Source: Felis catus (taxonomy: Eukaryota). Taken from it: DNA of 64,000 nt. The position numbers and the translations under genes were made by a program. The stretch is from positions 125,428,001 through 125,492,000 of the forward strand of contig NC_058368.1 in the NCBI RefSeq assembly GCF_018350175.1, in the 5' to 3' direction. A model generated the notes under the pieces. The model was not told the DNA's origin, did no database searches, and saw only the letters and a program-made list of their open reading frames with translations. Below, one piece after another: positions 1-10,600 of this stretch (the stretch's first letter is position 1; each line of letters starts with the position of its first letter).

Positions 1-485
1 TTTATATCTATTCATATTCTATTTTTTTGTATAAATCCAGATTCCTATCTTTCATACTTGTCAGTGAATCATTCAAGGTATAGTTTTAACTCAAATTGAA
101 TAATACCTGTAGGAATAAAAAAGATTCTATTATTAAATCTCTTGACAGGGATTTTTAGATTTTTTTTTAAAGCACAGGTCACATTTTCCTAGCTGTTCTT
201 CTATTTTAAAAATATTTCTCATGGGTGAACTCTTCTGAATTTGTTGGTTTCATTTTGACAGGTTTAATGGCACTTCTTATTGGTGTTTCTTTACTAAGTG
301 AACAATCTGAGCAGCCTGCTTGCAGATTCCCTTGTTACAAATGCCATATTAATTTTCGTACCCTCAGTCCTACAAATAAATTCAATCTTACTTAAATTAA
401 GTGAGGTTGGACTCATTGTTTGTGTCATAAGAGACATGATATGAGTAATTGACTACTCAGCATACATGCATACAATTTCATTTTT

Positions 486-696
486 TCTTTTTCTTTTTAA
501 AGTTTATTTATTTATTCTGAGATAGAGAACGTGAGCAGGGGAAGGGCAGAGAGAGAGGGAGAGGGAGAGAATCCCAAGTGGGCTCCACAATCTCAGCGTA
601 AAGCCTGATATGGGGCTCAACCTCACAAACTGTGAGATCATGACCTGAGCCCAAATCAAGTTGGATGCTTAACAAACTGAGCCACCCAGCTGCCCC
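486..696 (-). mobile_element. Can-SINE (SINEC, tRNA-derived)
   Basis: Reverse complement gives a GGGGCAGCTGGGTGGCTCAG head, a (CT)n linker and an AATAAA/A-rich tail. TSD ACA(A/G)TTTCATTTTT at 472-485 and 697-710. Confidence 0.93.
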
Positions 697-1039
697 ACAG
701 TTTCATTTTTGAATCAGATAGACTTTTTTCCAGAATTGATCTGATGTGTCTTGGGTATGCCTAGCAAGCACTTGGTAAATACCCATAAATGGTAAATGGC
801 CATGATGAATGGTTGTCAGTTGCATTACCTTTATCCAGAAATGTTAATTCTGTAGCATCTACACTTAATCATGAGTTTTTCCTGAAACCATGTACACATT
901 AAAATTGGTACATACAATAGGAAGTGCATGCAAAATCTTTCCCTCTTTCTCCCTGCCCTCAACAACATATAAATGCTCCAGAAACATTTATGTGTCATAA
1001 AGGACAAAGATCTTGAATTCATCTTTTCAGATGTCAGAT

Positions 1040-1122
1040 CTTTTATTCTTTTTTAATTTTTTGTTTATTTTATTTTATTTTTAAATTTACATCCAAATTA
1101 GCATATAGTGCGACAGTGATTT
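1040..1122 (-). mobile_element. Very short L1 3' terminus (~40 bp) plus A-rich tail
   Basis: Reverse complement AATCACTGTCGCACTATATGCTAATTTGGATGTAAATTT closely matches the 3' end of the L1 at 17421-17462 (AATCATTGTTGCACTATATGCTAACTAACTTGGATGTAAATT). Confidence 0.82.
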
Positions 1123-1332
1123 TTTAAAAATGTTTATTTATTTTTGAGAGAGAGAAAAAGACAGAGCATGCGTGGGGGAGGGGCAGAGAGAGAGGGAGAC
1201 ACAGAATCAGAAGCAGGCTCCAGGCTCTGCGCTGTCAGCACAGAGCCCAATCCGGGGCTTAAACTCCCAAACCGCAAGATCGTGACCTGAGCCAAAGTTG
1301 GACAGTTAACCAACCAAGCCACCCAGGCACCC
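1123..1332 (-). mobile_element. Can-SINE (SINEC_Fc-like)
   Basis: Full head, CT linker and tail. Outer 14-bp TSD TTCAGATGTCAGAT at 1026-1039 and 1333-1346. Confidence 0.93.
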
Positions 1333-1488
1333 TTCAGATGTCAGATTTTCTTCTTGACCACAGAGATAGGAAAGAGAGACTGAAGCCATAATCTTGAGTT
1401 TGGTTGAGGAATGGGAACACACCATGCTTCCCCACCCCTCCGTTCTAAACTCTCATAGCTTTGTCTTAAAGACTAGAATGAAATTTTA

Positions 1489-1627
1489 TTTACTTTCTAT
1501 TATTTTATTTTATTTTACTTTCAAGAGATTTTATTTTAAGTAATCTCTGCACCCAACATGGGGCTTGAATTTATAACCCTGAGATCAAGAGTCTCCTGCT
1601 CCACCAACAAAGCCAGCCAGGTGCCCC
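1489..1627 (-). mobile_element. Older short Can-SINE lacking the CT linker
   Basis: Reverse complement starts GGGGCACCTGGCTGGCT...TCTTGATCTCAGGG...TCAAGCCCCATGTTGGGTGCAGAGATTACTTAAAATAAAA. Confidence 0.85.
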
Positions 1628-3474
1628 GGGACTGAAATTTTAAAATGAATTGGATGGCTTGTTAAAGAACTGAAATAAATGTATTTTCATGACTGCATGT
1701 GACTGAAAAGTTATGAATCAGTCTGGGTATGGTTTCAGGAGCAGGAGACAGGGCTTGACAGAGTGTTGTTAGGGAGCATTTACTGGAAACATTTCTATCA
1801 TGTTTATGTCTAGAGGGTACAGACTCTTCATCTAAAAAATCTTTTAGTGGCACACCTAATTATTATCTGTTCTTGGCCAACCAACCCAGAAGAACTAGTC
1901 CCAGTTCTTGAGGGACTCCTGGCCACAGAAACAGTGGGATATAAAGCATTATTGATGAGATAACAGACTCCAGTTTTGAAAAACAAACCTTAATTTACTG
2001 AGCTTGTCAGGCAAGGGAGCTCTGCATTTAGAAACACAGTCTCTCCGAGCAGTGCTTGAACGGAGTTTATATATATAACCGGGAGAGCACAGGCGGTTCA
2101 GATGAACTCGGACAGAAGTGGTGACAAGGACACTGATTGACTCATAGAACAAGGCAGGGTGGCTTTAACACATTCAGCATTAGGTCTGTCTTTGGTTGAA
2201 GCTGGTTTATTTTTATGCTGGCCTTGTAGTTCCTGATGTGATTTCAAACAGCAAGCTTTCTCAATACTGTATCCTTGATGCTGACATGATTTAAAGAACA
2301 AGATTCTAACGGTTATGTCCTTGAATCTTCTTGCTAGTAGGGCTGTTTTATAGTTTGATTTTAAGGGCGGGTGGATTTGTGTGCAGAGGAGGCAGAGGGA
2401 GCTGGCAGTGGGTGGTGTTAGAGGGCAGAGGGAAATGTTGAAAATAGATCCTGGAACATATCCACATACATATAAGTGCTGGCGCAGAGAATGAGGGAGA
2501 GAATGCCTGTGCCGCCTGAGGGTACGGGCGGTCTGTGGGGCTTCCGCGGTGTCCCCCAAGTTTAGCATGGTACATGGCACAGAGCAAGCGCTCTCTAAAT
2601 ATTTGTCAAATGAATTAATAGAGGAAGAAGACGAGGAAAACCGCCTCATAGGAGAGTAAGTTCAGGGGTTTAGGCCCTGAGGCTGTGGCTGGGAGAAGTA
2701 GATGAAAACTCAGACTCCCTGGCCCCAACTAATGCTTGAGACAAAGTGATGGCTCCTTGCCTCCAGCACATTCACACCAAGTGGTGACTGATAGGAGGTC
2801 ACACTTTGTTGTCATGGTGAAGTTGTGGGGATGGGCAGGGGTGAGGAGAGGAGAAAGGAAAAGCCGCAGGAAGGGTGATAGAAAGTGAGCGGAAATAATC
2901 CCTCTTCTCTTTTCTAGCCTACTGTACATTACCTACTTCAGGCACTGTGCTAGACCCTTCACAAGTGTGATCAGTAGTCCTTACCTCACAGTCCTTACAG
3001 CGGTAGCTATCTCCATATTACCTACCAATGAGGAGTCTATGGCTCATAGAGGTCCCATGACTTCCCTGGGCTCACACAGATAGACATGGAGGACAGGCCA
3101 GGTTGTGCCCCAGCCTATCTTCCCCCAAAGCCTCTTTCCCTCGCTTTGCAGTGTGGCTGTTCTGCCTGGCCCTCCTGTGCCCCAAACTCTCTCCAAGTTG
3201 AGCCATAGGAGTCTTTCTGAACGTCCAGCAAACTGAGACCCTTGAGGCTGCTGCTGCCTGAAGCAGGAGGCTGATGGGCCAGGTGGGATTCAGAGGGGCC
3301 TTTGCCAGATTCCCCCACCCCTGTCTCACAGTAGACACAGAGGACGAAGTTTGCCTTTGTGGACTTTGGAGGCCTGCTTTTCTGGGGTCCTGACAGCTTC
3401 TGCTGCAGGGTAGGATACAGAGTTGGCGGAAACCTGAGGAACCCACACTCCTCATTTCTTTGTTCTTTTCTTGT

Positions 3475-3475
<1 letters not shown>

Positions 3476-3519
<44 letters not shown>
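3476..3519. repeat. (CA)22 microsatellite
   Basis: Perfect CA run seen directly. Confidence 0.97.
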
Positions 3520-3521
<2 letters not shown>

Positions 3522-3689
3522 TTAATGACACTTGAAAACCTGATTGTAAAGTTGTCCTGAATGAGAATCGCATTAACATAATTTTGAAAAATAAGAACAA
3601 TCTGTGAGAGATAAGGAGACTCTCTTGTCCTACCAGATATGAGAAAATACCATCAAGCAAGAGAATCAAACAATAATGGCACATTTTTT

Positions 3690-4190
3690 GATGGTGATTT
3701 GGTAATATTTATCAAAATTGACATTAGTAGGAGTTTCCTAAGAACTGCTCTGTAGAGATACATAATGGGCATGAAGAAACATGTGCTAGGGTATTCACCA
3801 CAGCATTGTCTATACTAGTTTAAAAGTAGAAATGTCCTGAATGTCCCATTAGTACAGTAGTTATATTAATTTAGTTTAGTTTTACTACTTTTTAGTCTTA
3901 CGTTAATTAATTATGCTATAGGCAGACCCCAAAACGCTGACATGAAAAGACGGGAAATATATTAGGAATTAAAGAATGAAAAAAGCAAGTAACAGAACAA
4001 TATTGTGTGGTTAGGTTGTAAATGCATTGGAAATGTTTGGAAGGATACACACAAAGGATTTCTAGTGATTAATTATGCAATTAGAGGAAGAGTCAAGGAT
4101 GTCTCACTTCTTACCTGGTACATGTCTTTGCAGTTCTACTTTTCTATAATGAGCATATTCATACGTCAATGGTGTATTCGAAAAAACAAC
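3690..4190 (+). mobile_element. Highly degraded ancient L1 3' region (L1M-type)
   Basis: Remnant motifs GTATTCACCACAGCATTGT and AAATGTCC..AATGTCCCATTAGTA resemble the ORF2 end and 3' UTR of old L1s. Confidence 0.5.
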
Positions 4191-5014
4191 AACGTGGGCA
4201 AAAGCAGAACCTGGTGATTTGGGAAATGTGGGAGATGGATGAGTTAAAGATATTTCAAGGTTTCACCTATGGAGGTGTGAATTGACAGGAAGGGTTCAGG
4301 CCACCCATCTGAAGGAAGAATGTGCCGGGGTCTAGTATGAGGTAAGTGTTTGTGGTCAAAGAAACCACAGCACCCTAAAGTCTTCTGGGAGCTGTTAAGA
4401 ACTGTTGTTATATTGTGATCAAATTAAATATGGTCTTAGTGGGTCTTATCAAAGAGGTGTTAGTATATTGAAAAAAGGAAAACAAAATAGGTTGAGAATG
4501 TAGTAAGTTCCAGCAGAAATAAGCAAGGCAGCATCCACTAGGAAGGAATCAGGAGTCTGGGACAACATCTGAGATGGATGTGAAGAGAGCTTCCTGTCAT
4601 AGTTGCCACAACACAACTCGCTTTCCAAGCAGAAAATGGGCTGGGTGACTCATATGACCTAACTGGCTTCTTGTAAAGTCTACAAGCATTTTAGAGTATG
4701 TAGCCTAAAAAGGAATCTTTCCCCTTTACCCCTGCTTCTAATTGCACTCCCTATTAATCATCACTGTTACAGTTTGGTGTAAATGCTTCTAGACAGTATC
4801 TTGAACATTCAGGCTCACGTATGGACACATGCACCTAGAGAAGCACACACATGCACAATGACACATATGCAGAATTAAAGCACATCTGTAAGTGGAGGTT
4901 CACTGTTACGTGACCATTCTGAGTCTTGATTGAAGGCTGTATCACACCAAGCCTAGTTCCCCTCTTTAGTGGAGAATTTCTGGGCATTTATTTATTTATT
5001 TAGTCAGTCTTGCA

Positions 5015-5823
5015 TTTTTAAAAAAATATTTTATTGTCAAATTGGTTTCCATACAACATCCAATGCTCATCCCAACAGGTGCCCTCCTCAATGCCCATCC
5101 CCCACTTTCCCCTCTTCCCCACCCCCCATCAACCCTCAGTTTGTTCTCAGTATTTAAGAGTCTCCTTTGGTTTGCCTCCCTCCCTCTCTGTAACTTTTTT
5201 TCCCCCTTCTTCCCCTCCCCCATGGTTCTCTGTTAAGTTTCTCAGGATCCACATATGAGTGAAAACATATGGTATCTGTCTTTCTCTGCCTGACTTATTT
5301 CACTTAGCATAATTCCCTCCACTTCCATCCACATTGCTATAAGTGGCCAGATTTCATTCTTTCTCATTGCCAAGTAGTATTCCATTGTATATGTAAACCA
5401 CATCTTCTTTATCCATTCGTCAGTTGATGGACATTTAGGCTCTTTCCATAATTTGGCTATTGTTGAAAGTGCTGCTATAAACATTGGGGTGCAATTGCCC
5501 CTATGTATCAGCACTCCTGTATCCCTTGGGTAAATTCCTAGCAGTACTATTGCTGGGTCATCGGGTAGATCTATTTTTAACTTTTTGAGGAACTTCCACC
5601 CTGTTTTCCAGAGGGACTGCACCAGTTTGCATTCCCATCAACAATGCAAGAGGGTTCCCGGTTCTCCACATCCTCTCCAGCATCTATAGTCTCCTAATTT
5701 GTTCATTTTAGCCACTCTGACCAGTGTGAGGTGGTTTATCAGTGTGGTTTTGATTTGTATTTCTCTAATGAGGAGTGACGTTGAGCATTTTTTCATGTGT
5801 CTGTTGGCCATCTGGATGTCTTC
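5015..5823 (-). mobile_element. 5'-truncated carnivore/felid L1 (ORF2 C-terminus and 3' UTR)
   Basis: ORF 5242-5622 encodes the L1 ORF2 C-terminal motifs (TPMFIAALSTIAKLWKEPKCPSTDEWIKKMW...MLSEISQ). It is followed by a G-rich 3' UTR and GACAATAAA plus an A tail. Confidence 0.95.
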
Positions 5824-6043
5824 ATTAAAAAAAAAATGTTTATTTATTTATTTTGAGAGAGGGAGAGAGAGGGAGCACAAGCAGGGAAGGGACAGAAAGA
5901 GAGGAAGAGAGAGACAATCCCAAGCAGGCTCCATGCTGTCAGCACAGAGCCTGATGTGGAGCTTGATCTTGAGAACCATGAGATCATGACCTGAGCTGAA
6001 ATCAAGAGTTGGACCCTTAATGACTGAGCCACTCAGGTGCCCC
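5824..6043 (-). mobile_element. Can-SINE abutting the 5' end of the truncated L1
   Basis: Reverse complement gives a GGGGCACCTGAGTGGCTCAGTC head, CT linker and AATAAA tail. Confidence 0.92.
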
Positions 6044-6254
6044 CCCACCCCCGCCTCTGCATTTCTTTATAAAACTGTCTATGATGACTCAAGAGAGAAG
6101 GTCTTAAACATAAGTCTTCTGATATCTTACCAGATGCTTGGGAAAATGGTGTAGGGGGGGTTGGAAATGTCACTGAAGGGACAGATGATGTGGATATAGC
6201 TGAAATGAAGTGCGGGATGTTTTATTTGGGCAGTTTCTAGTATAATGACTTGAA

Positions 6255-6478
6255 GAATTTGGGTCCCGCCAAATTGATTTTGAACATGGGTTTCATGCTA
6301 ATTAGCTATATAGCCTGGAGAAATTATTTAACCATTTAAACCCTTGGTTACTTCATTTATAAAATGAGAATATAGTGGTGCCTACCTTGTAGAGTGGTTC
6401 TGAGGACTAAATGAGGCACTGCTTGCAGAATGCTGATCACATTGCAAGGCATATGGTGATGGCTCAATAAAGTCAGCT
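6255..6478 (+). mobile_element. MIR SINE relic
   Basis: Core-like CTTCATTTATAAAATGAGAATA...CCTACCTTGTAGAGTGGTTCTGAGGACTAAATGAG and terminal GCTCAATAAA. Confidence 0.75.
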
Positions 6479-6837
6479 GTGACTCTTATTTTGGACTTTA
6501 CTGTGTTCCTGTCTCAGGGTCGCATTTGAACACATATACTCCTTGTTGAATTCCATCTGCATACTGCTTTTCCAAAGGCTTGACTCCCTTGCCTTTATTT
6601 CTGATTTGGGACTTATGCACATTTTCTGTTTTCAATCTGTCATCCTCATTTCAACATGCTAACCCCCGACACAGCGCTTTGGAACTGAACCAAGTACAAA
6701 CCAAAATGCTTCACACACAGCTTCTTGGGCTTTCCTTAAATTGAGTTATGGATGATCATTTCTTGCCCCACTGTCACCCCCTCCCCCTGCCTTTTTAATA
6801 CCTTCATCTCTTGATTGCTTTAAAGGCATAACTTTGG

Positions 6838-7060
6838 GGGGCGCCTGGGTGGCGCAGTCGGTTAAGCGTCCGACTTCAGCCAGGTCACGATCTCGCGGTC
6901 CGTGAGTTCGAACCCCGCGTCAGGCTCTGGGCTGATGGCTCGGAGCCCGGAGCCTGTTTCCGATTCTGTGTCTCCCTCTCTCTCTGCCCCTCCCCTGTTC
7001 ATGCTCTGTCTCTCTCTGTCCCAAAAATAAATAAAAAGTTGAAAAAAAAATTAAAAAAAA
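6838..7060 (+). mobile_element. Young felid Can-SINE (SINEC_Fc-type)
   Basis: CpG-intact GGGGCGCCTGGGTGGCGCAGTCGGTTAAGCGTCCGACTTCAGCC with an internal Pol III B-box-like GAGTTCGAACC. Perfect 16-bp TSD AAAGGCATAACTTTGG at 6822-6837 and 7061-7076. Confidence 0.97.
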
Positions 7061-7260
7061 AAAGGCATAACTTTGGGAATTGACATTTGGTTTTTGATGT
7101 CCAGGAATTAAGAGTTTCCTTGCATTTGGACTTGTGAATATTTGACTGCTTTTGTGCTTGTTGTCATTAGCTGAGTCTTGGCTTTAACAGACTATGGAGG
7201 GTTGTAATGTATTAATGTGGTATTAAATCAGATTATCCCTTAGTTGTCTATCTGTTTCAT

Positions 7261-7700
7261 TGATTTATCTATTTATTCACTAAATGCTTATTGAGCATCA
7301 CTGGATGCCAGGAATTATACTGTATTCCAGGGATATGGTGGTAGGTACAATAGAGATGGCCCCTTCTTCTATGAAGCCCAAGGTCTAGCAGAAACTATAC
7401 ACTTGAAATGACGAGTTACTAATGGAGTAGTGCTCTGCCGGGGCCTGCACGAGGCTATGGGGCTCCTACACTGGACTGTGAGAGGGACCTGGGAGGGCCT
7501 CCTTGAAGGAAGTGATGCTGATGTGAAAGCTGAGAGAGGAGTGAGCCAAGTGAGCAGCAGGAGAATATTCCAGGCAGAAACAATGGCGTCTTCAAAGACC
7601 TCGACGTGGGAGAAATCTTGGAGCACTTGAGGAACTGCAATAAAACTGATTAGAAAGGAGTGAGTGAGGGTGTTGAGAGCTGGGGTGTGACTGAGCCAGA
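7261..7700 (-). mobile_element. L2 LINE 3' relic
   Basis: TTTATTCACTAAATGCTTATTGAGCA..GCCAGG and GAATATTCCAGGCAGAAACAATGGC are typical of a reverse L2 3' end. Confidence 0.7.
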
Positions 7701-7913
7701 GGAAAGAGTCGTTCTTTCTAGGAGTTTCTTTGATTGGTTTTGGATGATATGTGGTTACATGGTCTAGACTGTTGCTAATTTCAGTGATGATGGCAATCTA
7801 GTCGGAACCTCACTGAACTCAGCAATATTTTATTGCTCTTTGGTGATCAGTGAAATCTTGTCTCTGGCCAAGTGAACAAATTTGGATATATTTTCATAGA
7901 AATCAAGGAGGCA

Positions 7914-8140
7914 GGGGCACCCGGGTGGCTCATTCGGTTAAGCATCCAACTCTTGATTTCAGCTTAGGTCATGACCACATGATTTGTGAGATAGAGTCCT
8001 GCGTCAGGCTCTGCGTTGTTAGCACAGAGCCTGCTTGGGATTCTGTCTCTCCCTCTTTCTTCACCCCGCCCCTACTCACTCTGTCTCTCTGAAAACAAAC
8101 AAACAAACAAACAAACAAACAAACACGCATTAAAAAAAGA
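7914..8140 (+). mobile_element. Can-SINE with an (AAAC)n tail microsatellite
   Basis: GGGGCACCCGGGTGGCTCA head and degenerate TSD AAATCAAG(G/A)AG(G/A)CA. Confidence 0.92.
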
Positions 8141-10107
8141 AAATCAAGAAGACAAAACTACAGATACTAGTGAATACCTGCTGTTAGAATATGAAGTAGA
8201 AAATCTTTTCTTTTTTTGAAGTTTCTCTTCTCTCCTTTGTTAGTCTTCCTTTCTCTTCTACTTTTCAACATTTAAAACTCTATCTATGTGTTTTCAAGCA
8301 AAACAAATGAAACAGTCAACAATAGATACTGCCCCAAAGCTCTGGAGCTCATGGCAACCTCAGCAAGTTCAACTTCAAACTTCACAAGTTCAACTTCTCC
8401 TTTCAGTAGCTGCACTTATAATTATCAATAGCACCAGCAAGGAGTGATGATTGGTGAGTCATGATTCCCAAGGTCCAACCTTCAAGGCACTTGGCAGTGG
8501 GATACTTACCATAAAGGAATTCTAACCTTTTATCTTATGTAGAATTTAAAACTTACTCTCATTAGCTAAAGCCCCTAAACTTTTAGGGTAATATGATTTA
8601 GAAAAATCAATAAACCTAAATTTACTTATAAGAATATACTATATAGAATATCTGGTAAACATTTTAAATTTTAGTTGATTCTTGATTGTACCTAAAGTGT
8701 TTCACCTCTGGTTTTATTAAAAAAATTTTTTTTTGTCTTACTCAAATAACAGAACAGTTTTTTTTTTCCCCTTAGAAAGAAAACTACTTGTTCCCAGCTG
8801 CCCATTCTTCTTAGGAAATCAAAATTCTCTTCCCAGCCCAGATTTCTCAGTGAATTCTCCAGTATGCATACAGCTCTCCCTGTATGTATTTTGAGATCTT
8901 GAAATCACAGTCTTGCATCTTTAGGGGAACTGTGAAAGCCCATATGAGCTGTCTTTTTTTTAAACCACAGTGGAAAGGACTAAATTGTGTCCCAACACCA
9001 CTGTTGGTTTACTATCGAGAGCTCTTTGGATCTAGGTTTTGTTTTGTTTTGTTTTGTTTTGTTTTTCCCTGTAGTTTTGTGTCTGCTTGTGAAAAACCAT
9101 TTTAAGATGATAGCAGGTAATAAAAGATACTGGCAAAAGGGTTTTTTAATGTTAAAAACCAACCTATGAGAAAAACTGGCCACTTGACAGCTTTGCAACT
9201 TGTTTCTTTATAGGTTTATTTTCCTGAGATGTATGCTTTTTTGGGGTATGTAGACATGACCAGAAAGATTTGTGCACTGATGGAACACTTTCAGGAAATA
9301 AGTGAATTTTGATTCAGAAAAGATTTTCAGAACTCAACATGTTCTTAGCAGTCCAGAGAAGCATTCTCCTGGGACAGAGGGGGGTGTTGAGATAAATCAG
9401 AATGCAAATGAGTGAGAGGAGATCCAAATAGATGGGAACATGGTAAAGAGCCTAGGTTTTCATGAGAGAGCAGAGGGAGAGTTAGAAGTTGTGAGAAAAT
9501 GACCATAGGAAAACTGGCTAGAAAGAAAGCCAACTTTGGCTGAATTTAAAATGGACCAGAAGGACAAATGGTGTGAGAAGTATTGCAGCTTAATTATATT
9601 TGATGTGTGGGTGGGGAGCTAACAGAGGGAGGGAGGTTTTGGAGAGAGGGAAGGCCTTAGTACAAGGTAAAAAGGGATTCATAATTAATAATGATGACTG
9701 GGGTTTTTAGTACAGGGGCTGTGACGAAGGGACAAATACAGGAAAAATTATATGGTTATTTGATCATCCTTCCTCAACACTGGCTTTTATAAGAAACAGC
9801 ATTTTGAGAGTTAAATGAAGAGTTCCTGCATCGATACTGAAGCCTACCAGGGCACCTTCTTCTCAGACTCAATTAAACATTTAGAATCAAGCGATGACCC
9901 TGGCCAGTCTTGGCCCTAGTCTACTCAGAATGCTGTAGACCAGGAAGCACCAGGTACCAGTGGGCAGCATCAGCTATCTCAACAGGTTGTTTGCAAAGAA
10001 ACCATACAGTCTCATCAGACCATTTCTTTCTTGTTTTTTTTTTTTTCTTTTTATCTCCATCATATTTAGAGAAGAAGTCAAGCTGTTTATCAGTTAAGAC
10101 TTAGTTC

Positions 10108-10600
10108 TCAGTTAAAGTTAGGTTCAGTTGTAAGTAGTTATAAAATCAAAATAACAGCTTAAATAAGGCAGGAGTTTGCTCCTTCATCTTTCTTTTTCAT
10201 ATTAATGTCAGGATATAGGCTGTCCAAATGGCTCCTTTGTCCCACAAAGTTGCAGATACCCAGGCTCTGCCACGTGGGACCTCCATGGTCAAGCTTACCT
10301 CATGGTGCAAGGTGGCTGCTCCCATTCCTGCCATCATGTCTGCATCCTAGCAAGTAGAAAGAAGACAGGTGTGAAAGACTGCACAGTACCACTTACAGGT
10401 CCTTCCTGAAAGCTGCATATGCCTTTTTTTCCCTTAAATACCTTTGGACAAAACTTAATGGTATGGTCCCGCCTAGTTACAAGAAAATCTGGGAAATGTA
10501 GGTTTTTTTCCCCCCTGGATGGCCATGTGCCCAAGCCAAAAACTGAGGGTTCTATTACTAACTTAAGAGAGAAAATATATTAGGGGACAACTGGAAGTTT
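10108..10600 (-). mobile_element. MaLR solo LTR relic (MLT1J/K-like)
   Basis: GCAAGGTGGCTGCTCCCATTCCTGCCATCATGTCTGCATCC and AATCTGGGAAATGTAGG motifs. Shares similarity, in reverse, with 19263-19716. Confidence 0.65.

Noticed and set aside
783..792. Isolated CArG box CCATAAATGG and scattered TGA(C/G)TCA sites (e.g. 8455, 11423, 44827)
   Set aside because: Several of each are expected by chance in 64 kb of AT-rich DNA, and there is no supporting context.
2098..3684. Longest non-actin ORFs (183, 148 and 189 aa, minus strand)
   Set aside because: No recognisable domain, and composition is typical of non-coding DNA. Two of them run through the (CA)n repeat, giving CVCVCV.
5242..5622. 126-aa ORF with protein-like sequence
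   Set aside because: It is the C-terminal fragment of L1 ORF2 in a truncated element, not a host gene. The same applies to 17015-17230.
6838..6920. tRNA-like sequence with A and B boxes
   Set aside because: It is the tRNA-derived head of a Can-SINE, not a tRNA gene.
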